A stretch of 64,000 nt of DNA from Azolla caroliniana (GCA_043228905.1 JBHGNT010000017.1:9796001-9860000); one strand, 5' to 3'; shown: positions 51,869 through 62,900, numbered from the stretch's first letter. Notes: generated by a model not told the origin, from the letters alone. Made by a program: numbers and translations.

Positions 51869-52029
51869 CTCTCTGATTTGGCTTGATTTGTATGCTCCTG
51901 TTAACGTGAGCCTCTTGCTGTGCAACACTACACCGATGATAGTTGGTTTGAAACAACGTCTCTAGCTGCTCACATAGTTTCAATGATAGAGCTCAGTGAA
52001 GGATCTCTAACCCTCACACTCTGATACCA

Positions 52030-52461
52030 TGTAAAGAATCTAACTCTAGTAGATTTGAGTATTCAAAAGCGTAGTGTGTTTGTGTGAGAGTGGGTGAATA
52101 AGCAAGAGAAGAAATCAGAGAGAATAACCAGGAAATAATACGAAAATACAGAGTAGGGGGATGACAGCTTATGCATTGAAGAGAGCTATATTAATTAACT
52201 AAAGATCAACAACAAAACAGAATGGGCAAAGGGGGTTTTATATACAAGTCCTCAAGGGACTGCCCTATTAAATGTGTTGGTGGAATCTAACCAAGATATC
52301 CACTTCAGTACGATTTTTTCATAAGAATATCTAATATTCTTTGATTACACTAACACTCGACAACTACACGGATTACAATAAAGTGTAGTCACACACTTTT
52401 TCACACATCATCATTTTCTTCATAAGCACATGTTCGCACAAGTTGAGCTTGATTCTCAACA
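52030..52461 (-). repeat. 5' LTR of E
   Basis: Matches 15005-15436. Confidence 0.95.
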
Positions 52462-52466
52462 CTCGA

Positions 52467-52822
52467 GTTTGTGTGGTGCGTTTTTCATATCATTATTTCT
52501 AGTTTGTCATCCAAATTTGTCATAAAAGAAAGCTCCCTCTGTCAGCTTTCTTAGGAATATTTTCTTTTGAAATTTGGATAAGAGATGAAGAAGTTATGAG
52601 CTTTTTTGTCTACCTTGCTTTTTCTGCTTAATTTCTTGTGTTTTTCTTCTTTTACTTTTTTCTTGCTTTTTCTACTTTTGAAAAACGCCTCTAACTTTAT
52701 ATCTCTTCAATTTCATTTATCTTTTAACTCTTGAACCTTTCATATTGTGCATTATTCTTCTATACCTTCGCATCCAATGTATTTTTCACGGTCTTTTCCT
52801 ATGGGAAAAAATCGACTTGACA
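52467..52822 (-). repeat. 5' LTR of D, second part
   Basis: Matches about 11595-11959. Confidence 0.9.
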
Positions 52823-52827
52823 AATTG

Positions 52828-54062
52828 GATGTCAAGACGACGTTTCTGCATAGAGATCTCGAAGAGGAGATATATATGCAGCAGTCGGAAGGATTTGTAA
52901 TGAAAGGTAAAGAAAACCTAGTATGCCGATTGAGGAAGAGCCTATACTGGTTGAAGCAAGCTCCATGGAAATGGTACTAAAAATTTGAATCCTTCATGAC
53001 CGAAAAGAGGTACCACAAAATGCAGGCCAATCATTGCGTATTTGTGAAGAAGTTCGATGGAGGAGATTTCCTCATCCTTTTGTTGTACGTGGACGACATG
53101 CTAATTGTCAAACGGGACCATATGAAGATCTGAGCATTGAAGGAGACCTTGAACAGGTCATTCTCGATGAAGGATATGGGTCTGGCAAAGCAAATCCTAG
53201 GTATGCACATTGTTCGGGACAGAACAAAGAAATTGCTATGGCTGTCACAAGAGAAATATATGACAAAGGTTCTCCAGAGATTCGGCATGGAAGGCACAAA
53301 ATCGGTCGACTTGACACTACCGACGAACTGCAAGTTGAGTAAATATCAATGTCCAAAATCGAAAACCAAAAAGGCTGAGATGTCAAAAGTCCCCTATGTT
53401 TTGGCGGTTGGAAGCCTGATGTACGCAATGGTGTGTACAAGGTCGAACATTGGATACGTTGTCGGAGTGGTAAGCCAATATATGAGCAATCCCGGGAAAG
53501 AGCATTGGGATGCCATGAAATGGATATTTTGGTACCTGAGACGCACCTTGAACATGTGTCTTCGTTTCGGCTCAGGTAACCCCACATTGGAAAGCTACAC
53601 AGATTCGGACATGTCCGCTGATGCAGATACTAGCCGATCCACATCCGGATACGTAATGACATATGTAGGGGGAGCTGTCTTGTGGAAATCGAGGTTGCAG
53701 AAGTCTGTGGTGTTGTCGACCACGGAAGTCGAGTACATGGCCGTAGCGGAAGCCGGCAAGGAAATCGTATAGATGAAGGAGTTTATTAGTGAGCTGGGAA
53801 TTCGGCAGGAAGAATTCCGACTCTATTGCGATATCAGAGTGCCATCCATCTTGCAAAAAATGTTGCCTACCACTCGAGGACAAAGCACATCCAACGGAGA
53901 TATCATTGGATCCTCGAGACGCTAGAAGAAAGGGAGTTCGCTCTAGTGAAGGTTTACACGGCCGAAACTGAATCAGATATGTTGACTAAAGTGTTACCAG
54001 TCGAAAAGCTGAACGCGTACCGACGGAAGATTGGATTGGTGCAGTACCCCATGCCGGAGTAA
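52828..54062 (+). pseudogene. pol: RT-RNase H of element C
   Basis: DVKTTFLH continues MDLEVEQL from 11232; YVDDM, YTDSD and HSRTKHI motifs. Confidence 0.92.
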
Positions 54063-54072
54063 AGGGGGATTT

Positions 54073-54598
54073 TGTTAGGAAACGGGTCCCTCCAGAGGCC
54101 GAGCCGAAACCGAAATCGTGTAGATAGCCAACTCGGAAGATTATACTTGTAAATAGTCTAAATATGCCCTTATGGGGTACACCTGTAAATAACCCAAAAG
54201 GTGTACTAGTATAAGTACTGAGGGCAATCATGATGATTATTATGAGCCATTGTTAAAAGTTACTTAAAAGGTCGTTGCCTCTGTAACTGCGTAACAGTAA
54301 GTGAGCGAGAACGAGAGACTGTGTAACTGTGTAGCCGTCTATTGACGAAGTAGAATCTCGAGGTCGTTGCCTCGGAGCTTCTAGTTGTAATCCTGCTTTT
54401 TACCATAGTGATTCTATTTCTCGGGGTTAGTGGGACCCCGTGGTTTTTCCCATATCGGGTTTCCACATTACGATTGTGTGTCTCTGTCTCTTGTATTATT
54501 TTTGTTTTCGTACTCTGTCTGAGTGCATTCTACTTTACGTTCCCTGCACCCGAACATTTGAACGATAAGCCAATTGTGTCCGGTCACGGTTCTCGACA
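54073..54598 (+). repeat. 3' LTR of C
   Basis: Matches 7924-8483 with a ~34-bp indel. Confidence 0.95.
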
Positions 54599-54603
54599 GC
54601 CAA

Positions 54604-54755
54604 TGACACCCATAACAACAGAAATCAAGGATATAATCACCATATTTTGGACTAATGAGAGTAGGGTTTCACCTAATAAGAAGGATTTATGCAGGAAACG
54701 TGTTGGAAGGAGTCAATACGAGGAGTATCCTATTCATCTTCTTGATGTACCTTAG
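54604..54755 (+). pseudogene. Continuation of the transposase-like ORF split by C
   Basis: MTPITTEIKDIITIFWTNESRVSPNKKDLCRKRVGRSQYEEYPIHLLDVP*; in frame with 7515-7923 after removing C and one TSD. Confidence 0.55.
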
Positions 54756-54779
54756 GTATTTACATTTATCTCAACTTTT

Positions 54780-55750
54780 GGCTACTCAGATGAACAGAAG
54801 GGTTATAAGTTTTATAATCCTGGAACCAAACAATCTCGCGTAAGTCGTGATGTTGTGTTCGACGAGTCCGTGTTGTGGTACTTGCCTTCGCCTCCAACCC
54901 CTAATGACTCCATTACGATCTCTGACGAAGAGGTCAGTATTACGGGCATGACCATATAATATCCCGTGGTGAGAATTTACCGTAGTATTCTATACACGTG
55001 GATAAGTGTGAGGGTTAAACAAGAGTGTAAAGAAGGGGAGGATTACTTTTAATTCTCAAGATTGAAACAACCCATTAGGCCAAGTGTGAACTTGCCTGGG
55101 GGCCTTGGGTATCGCTATAAATAAGAGGCCTAGCTACCCTCATTTCATCATCTTCTTGACTACGTTGAGACTCTGTTCTTGTGGTGGGTCAACTCTTGTA
55201 GCGAGCGCGCCAACACTAGGTACGACTTGACGCCACGACGGTGGTATGGGACGCTGATCGAGGCTCGAGTCCGTCTCGATCCCTTCCCTTGGGGGTGATC
55301 TGGTGGATCGCCACCCTTCTTTCTCTCTCTCCTTTCTATCTATCTATCCATATTCTATCCTTATCTAATGCTTACATTAGTTCATGTCTCTAATAGTCAA
55401 TGAGGCTGAAATGCCTTCAGACGAAGGAGACATTGGAGCTCCAAAAAAGGGTCCGATCTCATTCAAGCTAAGTGAGCCGAATGAGTGACTGAGTCGGCAT
55501 GACCTGTCAGATGCAGAGCCGGCGAGTAGTGGAGACTCAACCATGCATTCCCCCCGCAGGAAGCCAAGGAGACGGTTTACACGCAAAGAGAAGGGAAGGA
55601 AGAAGATGCTAGAGTACGACACTAATAAAGATGAGTCGGATCTAAGAAAATCCGACTCCGAGAAGAACGAAGACAGACCTTTAGAAACGAAGTCCACGTC
55701 GGCCAAGAGGGCCTCAAAACCGGCTAATGAGGGGTGAAAGCAAGCTACGG
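54780..55750 (+). mobile_element. LTR-less internal copia fragment (integrase C-terminus/linker, A/G-like lineage)
   Basis: GYSDEQKGYK..SRDVVFDES..HSPRRKPRRRFTRKEKG; flanked by direct repeat CAACTTTTGGC (54772-54782, 55756-55766). Confidence 0.85.
54938..55395 (+). mobile_element. Probable solo LTR with TATTA...TAATA termini
   Basis: Interrupts the copia fragment; near-TSD GTCAG/GTCAA; internal CTATAAATA box. Confidence 0.7.
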
Positions 55751-56039
55751 TGTACCAACTTTTGGCCAAAATTTTAGTACTATTTCGATGAAGAGAATAA
55801 ACACTATAATTTAAAATAAATCCAATAAAAGTGACTAAAAAGTTTATCATCACATATTAAAAAAAGAAGTCACATTCAATGGGTTCAAATTTTAAAAGAA
55901 CAATAAACCCACACATCCTTCCATTCTTACGTCTCTATCCAAGTGTCCCTTGTGTAATAAATTCCAGTTGAGGTTGAAGGTGCATATGTCGAGGTAAACT
56001 TATACAGAGTCTTTAATTGTTGAATGTGAGTGAGTGAGA

Positions 56040-56087
56040 CTCTCTCTCTCTCTCTCTCCTACCTCACATAAGTGCATGTTCAAGTTA

Positions 56088-56118
<31 letters not shown>

Positions 56119-56151
56119 GTTCTCCTACCTCACATAAGTGGATGTTCAAGT

Positions 56152-56206
<55 letters not shown>

Positions 56207-56392
56207 TCTCCTACCTCAGATAAGTGGATGTTCAAGTTACTCTCTTTCTTTCTCTCTCTCTCTCTCTCTCTCCTTCTCCTACCTCACATAAGTGGATGTT
56301 CAAGTTACTCCCTCTTTCTCTCTCTCATATCTCTCAGATCTCTCCGACCTCTCTCTCTCCTTCTCCTACCTCACATAAGTGGATGTTCAAGT

Positions 56393-56439
<47 letters not shown>

Positions 56440-56444
56440 AGATC
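56040..56444. repeat. Minisatellite: five copies of a 35-bp core (CTCCTACCTCACATAAGTGGATGTTCAAGTTACTC) separated by (CT)n tracts
   Basis: Cores start at about 56056, 56122, 56208, 56276 and 56363. Confidence 0.92.
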
Positions 56445-56862
56445 TGTTATTCTCTGACCGGACAAGGCCTAACACAAGGTGTCACGGAGACACTTCACCA
56501 AAGGGTGATTACGGCATAGGATTAAGATTCAACGATTACACCGACTTACGTAGGTTACACGATTAGAGTGCTTTGGTTAATTACACGCGTAAGATATAAC
56601 AGTAAGTACAGAACGAAAATCAACACAGAAGTATAAACACCATATGCTCTATTAATTATCCGCTGCGATTACAATGGGGTCCGGCCTTTAAATAGGTTTC
56701 CGGCCCGTAGTACAAAACGGTGCATATCGCACCTATTCGGGATCCGTCCGGATCTGGAACGGCATACCGTTTCCAGTCCGTCCGTCCACACTAGGCTTAT
56801 TTACAACCATACTTAATTAATTCCTTCACTCCGTATTTTGGACTCCTTGCCGGCCGGTAACA
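56445..56862 (-). repeat. 3' LTR of I
   Basis: Reverse complement of the H LTR with scattered substitutions. Confidence 0.95.
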
Positions 56863-56947
56863 CATGGCACGCCCGTGGGACAGTACCTTGTACGTCGAAC
56901 CCTTCTCGGCCCCTTCATTGTTCACCCAAATTGTCCAAAATACTTTG

Positions 56948-59590
56948 TTACAGAGTTTCCACTTGTTCTTCCGGTTGAGGTTGTTGCGGTTGTGCTTGCT
57001 GCTGCTGCTGTGGTTGCGGTTGGGACTGAGACTGCTCCGACTGCTCTGCTTGCTGCTGCTGCTCCGTTTGTTTCTCTGACTCCGGCATCTCCGTTTGACT
57101 GCTTCCGGTGCGGTCTCCTTCCAGTAACGGTTCCTCATCACTGAGGTTGACCGTAACCGGTTCTCGTGCTTTCTCTTCCCGGATCCGGGACCTCTCGTAG
57201 CTTTCAAACTGGATCTGCGCCTCCAGCCTATCGTCGTCCAGCTGAGCTACAAGTTGCCGGACTTGCCCTAGTTGGTCATCTGCCAAGGCTTGAAAGTCTT
57301 CGGCAAGCTCATCTCTTATGCCGGTGAAGTCTTCGGAAGTCAGCATATAGCAATCATCTCCCTCCTTCCGCCGGTTCTCTACGTCGGCCCGGAGCAGTTG
57401 GAGTTCCGCCGCGTTCGTGGCCCACTTGGTCCACCATTTGACGGAGCCGTTGTCAATCAAGCTCTTGGTCTGGTTCAACCAGGCCCGCATGATATCCTGG
57501 ATGCGACTTGCTGGACCCATTTGCGCTCTACTTTCCACCACTTGTCGCTCCTCCTTCAACTGCTTGATGAGATTCGCCGTATCCTCCGCCTGCTCTCTGT
57601 AGCGCGTCAGCTGCCCTTGATATGTTGTCTGCAGCCTCTGCAGTACCTCCGCCGCTCTTTCTTTTTCCGCCTGCTGTTGCCTGAGGAGCTCTGTCCGAAC
57701 CTTCTCCGCCTCTTCCAATCGTCTTCTGGTTTCCGCCTGTTCATTAGCGTATGCCGTTGCGGTTCGATCAACTGCTTGCCGGAGCTCATCCGTCCGTTCC
57801 TTGTGCTCCGTTTGCAACCGTTTATACTCCCGGTGCAAGTGCTCAAATTCCTCCGTTTTTTGTTTGAGCTTGCCGTTGATCTGGCGCTGGTTCCGGTCCT
57901 CCCGGTCCTTTACCTGCCGGAGTTCCTCTTTCAGGCGCTCTACTTCTGTTTCGGCGTTCCTCCGGAGCCTGTCCTTCTCTTGCAGCATTTTCTCCTTTTC
58001 CTCCTTGAGCCGGTCGTACGCTTGGTGGCCTTTCCGTAAGCTCTCCTCGGCCCGGCGTAGATTGTCAGCAGTCTTTTTGAGTTCTGCCTCCGCTGCCGTC
58101 TTCAATTCTCTTTCGCGGCTCCTCAGCTCTTCTTGGGCAGCTAGCTCATCCTTTAAGTCCGCAAGCTCTTGGGCTTGTGCCGTATTTCTCTCCGGAACGG
58201 TTTCCGTTACCGGGGTCTGATTGCTATGTACAGGTTGATCTGACGCTTTATTCTGTACATTGCCCGGAGTCACCGGTGCTTGGACTTGTGTTGTCAAAGC
58301 CAATTGAGCCATTTCCCTTGTGACCCTGTCCAAGTCTTGTTCAAGGCTCCGGATTCTGGACCGGGCCGTCTCTAGATCTATGGTTGTGACGAGCAACCGT
58401 TCGTTGTGCGCTCTCTCCTCCGCCTCTATGTACTCGACTGCTCCGGCGATCTGCTCGCCTACCCACCGTAGCCACATGCTACTGGTGCCTTGCTGCTGTA
58501 CTGGTCGGGTCGGCTCGTTCACTGTGGAATTGTCTGGCCTGAGTGCCTGTATCTGCCGTTCTGGTTCTACTCCTTGGCCGCCGTGTGTGCTGGCTGGGCT
58601 CGCCGGCTGTTGAGTTCCGGTTCTCGCCGTCTCCGGAGCCGTTGGAATGACTTCTGGTATAGAAGTCGACAAGGCCGGTTCTACACGCACCGGTTCCGGT
58701 TCCTCCCTTGTGTTTTGCTCAGGTTGAGTTCGGGGCGTTTCTTTCTTTTGCGGGTCCGAACGCTCCCCCGCTGCCCCGGCGGTCCCACTTCTTGACCGTC
58801 GTTGGAGGTGCTCTTCTGGCTCCTCCGTTTCCACTTCCTGGGTAACGGCATGTTTCTGTGCCGTCAAGGGTTCTGGTTCCTTCTGACCCGGTCGCCGTAT
58901 GGTTATCTTAACGGGTCCCACCGGTGACACCTCCTCCGGTTCTGGGAGCCGTTTCTTCCCTTTCGTCGCCTTCGACGCCAGCAGCTGCTGTCGTTTGGAC
59001 GCCGGCTTCGAGGTGCTTCCTTCCGATACTCTTGGCCGCTTCTTTGGCTGAACGGTCTCGACCGACGGCACGAGCAATGTTATCCACTGAGCTACGGCAT
59101 GCCACAGCTTCCGGCCCTCCTTGCCGTCCTTTCCTCGTACCATGTCGATTGCCGCGCACAACTCGTCTGCAATCAACACCGGCCAATCCACCTTGATCCC
59201 TTCATAGGTGGCTATGATCATCCCTGCCCGATTTTTTGGCATGATAGGGGGTCGGGGGTACACGTGGCCGTACTCATGGAGCACTCGAGCTATCTCCCTG
59301 AATAGCGGATCTTCGCCGCCCTGCGTTCGATAACCTTTGCCGGCAACAGAGTACTCACCGAAATATCGGATGAGTTGCTCCGAGGTTGGGTTATCGATCT
59401 GAAAGATACCTCCCTCCGGAAGGCCTGTTAGCGCACGGATCGCTTCCTCGGTGATGACCTCTGTGGCGAGCTCCTTGATGACCCGGTCGGCTTCTCTGTG
59501 CGGTGGTGCCTCCATGATGGTCAAGAACCCATCCAGTCCATGTTGCCTGAACCATTTCCTGGCCGCTTCCGTCAGCGTTTGTGGTTCCAT
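56948..59590 (-). CDS. Extra ORF (ORF2) of gypsy I, ~880 aa: globular N-terminal domain, disordered linker, long coiled coil, Gln-rich tail; function unknown
   Basis: Open frame 56948..59890 in the ORF track; likely ATG at 59590 (MEPQTL); TAA is 11 codons earlier than the stop in H. Confidence 0.8.
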   Translation of the reverse strand: MEPQTLTEAARKWFRQHGLDGFLTIMEAPPHREADRVIKELATEVITEEAIRALTGLPEGGIFQIDNPTSEQLIRYFGEYSVAGKGYRTQGGEDPLFREIARVLHEYGHVYPRPPIMPKNRAGMIIATYEGIKVDWPVLIADELCAAIDMVRGKDGKEGRKLWHAVAQWITLLVPSVETVQPKKRPRVSEGSTSKPASKRQQLLASKATKGKKRLPEPEEVSPVGPVKITIRRPGQKEPEPLTAQKHAVTQEVETEEPEEHLQRRSRSGTAGAAGERSDPQKKETPRTQPEQNTREEPEPVRVEPALSTSIPEVIPTAPETARTGTQQPASPASTHGGQGVEPERQIQALRPDNSTVNEPTRPVQQQGTSSMWLRWVGEQIAGAVEYIEAEERAHNERLLVTTIDLETARSRIRSLEQDLDRVTREMAQLALTTQVQAPVTPGNVQNKASDQPVHSNQTPVTETVPERNTAQAQELADLKDELAAQEELRSRERELKTAAEAELKKTADNLRRAEESLRKGHQAYDRLKEEKEKMLQEKDRLRRNAETEVERLKEELRQVKDREDRNQRQINGKLKQKTEEFEHLHREYKRLQTEHKERTDELRQAVDRTATAYANEQAETRRRLEEAEKVRTELLRQQQAEKERAAEVLQRLQTTYQGQLTRYREQAEDTANLIKQLKEERQVVESRAQMGPASRIQDIMRAWLNQTKSLIDNGSVKWWTKWATNAAELQLLRADVENRRKEGDDCYMLTSEDFTGIRDELAEDFQALADDQLGQVRQLVAQLDDDRLEAQIQFESYERSRIREEKAREPVTVNLSDEEPLLEGDRTGSSQTEMPESEKQTEQQQQAEQSEQSQSQPQPQQQQQAQPQQPQPEEQVETL

Positions 59591-59918
59591 GTCTGCTTCG
59601 AGGTCGAGGAAAGATGGCGAGGTAGAGTGGTGATGAGAGTGAGAGCGAGAGAGAGAGCGTTCTGAACGCGGGGGTTCTCTGAGTGCAGGTTCGCGTTTGC
59701 TAAGCTTCCACTGCCTTGGTGCTTCTGTGCTTCTTGGCTCGCGAAAAAAAAAAGTCTCCATGCGCTCTTCTTTTTCTCTGTGCGTCTTGGCGCCTTTTTC
59801 GAGCATGCGCACGTCGTGTACCGATTTAGTATTAAGTAACATGGCGGCTCTTAAATGCCCACTACGTACCTTTTCGCTCCTTGCTTTCACGTCCGTTCAC
59901 ACCTCGATTTTAAATGAT

Positions 59919-59954
<36 letters not shown>

Positions 59955-59967
59955 ACGGTATGTGACC

Positions 59968-62900
59968 TTACACATCCGTAAGTCCCTTCGGACCCTTACC
60001 GTTTTCCTTACGGGTTGCCGTGTCTTCCTTCGCCTCTGCTACGGGTTCCCCGTCGTCTTTTTCTTCCATCCGTACCGTTCCCGGTATAGTGCCGGTGGTC
60101 TGCATAAACGGGTTCTTTGGCATCGGTCCTTTATAGGGCTTTAATCTAAATCCGTTGACCCACTTGCCTAGTACTTCACCGACAAGTGTCCCTAACTGAT
60201 AGGACCCGTTGTATTCCCGTGTCAGCCAATACGGGCCTGTCCATCTGAACCGGAGTTTACCCGGCATCTTGCCCATCCTCGTTTGGAATACTAGCACCGG
60301 CTTTCCAATTTCGAACATCTTTTCATTACCTTTCCGGTGACGGTCAACGAACGCTTTCCGTCGTCGTTGCTCCAGTTCCATGTGTAGGATGCTAGCCAGC
60401 CGTTGCTCCTCCAGTTCGCATAGTGCTACTAGCCGCATTTCCTCCGACTCCTTTTCATTCAGCCGTTCCCGTAGTTGGATCCGTAAGCTTGGTACCTGAA
60501 ATTCCACCGGCATGACCGCCTCTAAGCCGAACGCTAGCCGGAACGGCGTTGTCCGGATACTTGTTTTGTATGCCGTTCGGTACGCCCATAGCGCGCTATG
60601 GAGCTTTGTATCCCAGTCCGTCCGGTTGTCATTGACGATTTTGCGGAGAATGTTCTGCAGCGTTTTGTTGGTGGACTCTGCTAACCCGTTCGCTTGTGGG
60701 TAGTACGTGGTGCTCCGTTTATGGACCACGGCATAGAACGTTGTTAAGCTTTCCACTACCTGGCCGAGGAAGTGCCCTCCTTGGTCGCTGATTAATTCAA
60801 TCGGACATCCATATCGGCACCAAATGTTCTCGTACAGGAATTTTGCTGTGGATGACGCGGTATTGTCTCTCAAGGCCTTAGCCTCCACCCATTTAGTGCA
60901 ATAATCTGTTGCCACGATGACATAACGATTACCCGTTCTCATTGCCGGTGGCTTGAACGGTCCGACAAAATCCAACCCCCACTTCTGGAATGGCTCTAGT
61001 GGAAGTACCGGTTGGTGTGGCATCCGTGCTTGCTCCGTAGGCTGGCCCATTCGTTGGCATAGGTCACATTCCTTAGCGTACTTGACGGCGTCTTTTAACG
61101 TCGTGGGCCACCATAAGCCGCTCTGCCATACTTTCCTTGCCGTCGCTTCCCCGACATAGTGTCCTACGGCAACCCCACAGTGTGCTTCCCGTAAGATTAC
61201 TTGTTTCTCGTCACTACGGACTGCCCGTCTCCATATTCCATCTGCTCCTTTGTGGTAGAGAGTGTCCCGTAACAGACAGAAATTACGGCTCTGCACCGCC
61301 AGTCGTTTCCTCTCGTCCCGGTTCATTTCCTCCGGTGGCAGGCCCGTGCTTAGGAACTGGTGCATGTTTGTCAGCCACCTATCTTCTGATGCCACCGTGT
61401 CGTCCGCTGCCGTTTCCGGGGTGATACGGAATAACTCTGCGTCCGGGAATTCATCCGCTACTCCGTCGCCTGATTCTCCGGACTCTAACTGGCTCAGGTA
61501 GTCTGCTACGGCATGCTGGATACTGGGCCGGTGGAAAATCTCGAATTCGAACTCCTGCAACAGCAAGGTCCAACGGGCCAACTTACCGGTCAGGGACGCC
61601 TTGGACACTAAGTACAGGAGCGCCGAGTGATCCACATGAAAGGAGAACTTCCTTCCCAATAGGTAATGACGAAACTTTGTTACACTGTAGATCATGCCCA
61701 GGGCCTCCCGTTCCGTCGTTGAATAGTTCTTCTCCGCTTGGGACAGCTTCCGGCTGGCGTAATATACCGGCCGGTACCATTTAGGTTCCGTAAGTTGCAT
61801 TAAGGCGCTGCCGATAGTGATGTCGGAAGCGTCCACGAACACATGAAATTCCTTGCTCCAATCCGGAGGCTGCACGACGGGTGCTTGCGACAAAAGAACC
61901 TTCAGGGCATTGTATGCCTTATCCTCCGTATCCGTCCATTGGAACGATGTCCGATGTACCGCGGTGTGTAATGGTGTAGCCAAGTCAGCCAAGTGACGGA
62001 GCATCCGGCTGTGCCACCGGATCTGTCCTAAGAATCGGCTTAGTGCTTTGGCCGTTTTCGGCGCCGGTGCCCCTAGTATCGCATTTACTTTGTCCGGGTC
62101 GACCGCAATGCCCTCCTTACTTACAATGTGTCCCAGTAAGATTCCACTTGAAACCCCAAAGATGCATTTTGCTGGGTTTAAGCTTAGCCGGTATAACCTA
62201 CACTTTTCAAGGCATAACCGTAGGTGCTGCAAATGGTCTTTTCCCCGGCTATAGACTGCAAAATCATCCAGGAACACCTGCATGAAGGCAGGAATGTATT
62301 CGCCGAAGATCTCCATGATGATTCGCTGGAAAGTTGCTGGTGCCATTTTTAGGCCGAACATCATTACTTCGGCCACAAACACCCCCCATTCGGTGACGAA
62401 CGCTGTCTTCTCCTGGTCGTCAGGGTGCATCCGGATTTGATTGTATCCGTTGAAACCGTCTAGAAAGCTATAAACTTCATGGCCGGCGACGGCATCCAGT
62501 ACTCCATCCGTGAACGGAAGAGGGAATGCATCCGTAATTGTGGCTGCATTTAGTTTCCTGTAATCTACACACACGCGGATTTTACCGTTCTTCTTTGGGA
62601 CGACGACGATGGGGCTCAGCCACGTCGCTTTCTTTACCGGCCGGATGAAGCCCACTCTTAGGAGTTTGTCGATTTCCTCCTTCACTTTGGCGGCGTTGTT
62701 GGGGTTCATTCGGTAACGTCTTTGCGCCACTGGTTTCGCGTCCTGGCCTAAGTGGATCTGATGCTGATATAATTGAGGGTCCAGCCCTCGCATGTTTTCG
62801 TATGACCAGGCGAATACGTCGCGAAACTCCGTGAGAAGTTTGATCATCGCCGCTTTATCTTCCGGCTTCATTTCTTTGGCGATGTGTACCGGCTTTGATT

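Larger units (their letters stand above)
15005..52461 (-). mobile_element. Element E: Ty1/copia retrotransposon inserted in D's 5' LTR
   Basis: LTRs 15005-15436 and 52030-52461; TSD CTCGA (15000-15004, 52462-52466); PBS 52018-52029; PPT 15437-15447. Confidence 0.95.
11233..52822 (-). mobile_element. Element D: non-autonomous Ty3/gypsy-type LTR element (gag-protease plus RT remnants), inserted in C's RT
   Basis: LTRs 11233-11959 and 14620-15004+52467-52822; TSD AATTG (11228-11232, 52823-52827); PPT 11965-11975; PBS-like TGGTGCTCTAGGGAGG 14601-14616 (minus). Confidence 0.9.
7924..54598 (+). mobile_element. Element C: old Ty1/copia (Tnt1/Tork-like) retrotransposon, outermost member of the nest
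   Basis: LTRs 7924-8483 and 54073-54598; TSD GCCAA (7919-7923, 54599-54603); PBS 8487-8498; PPT 54061-54069. Confidence 0.95.

Noticed and set aside
56040-56444. CRISPR-like array (35-bp repeats with spacers)
   Set aside because: Spacers are (CT)n microsatellite rather than unique sequence; no cas genes; eukaryotic TE context.
56034-56566. SLSLSL-rich ORFs
   Set aside because: Translation of (CT)n tracts.
56948-59590. Calling ORF2 an envelope gene
   Set aside because: Position fits, but no signal peptide or hydrophobic transmembrane stretch is visible.
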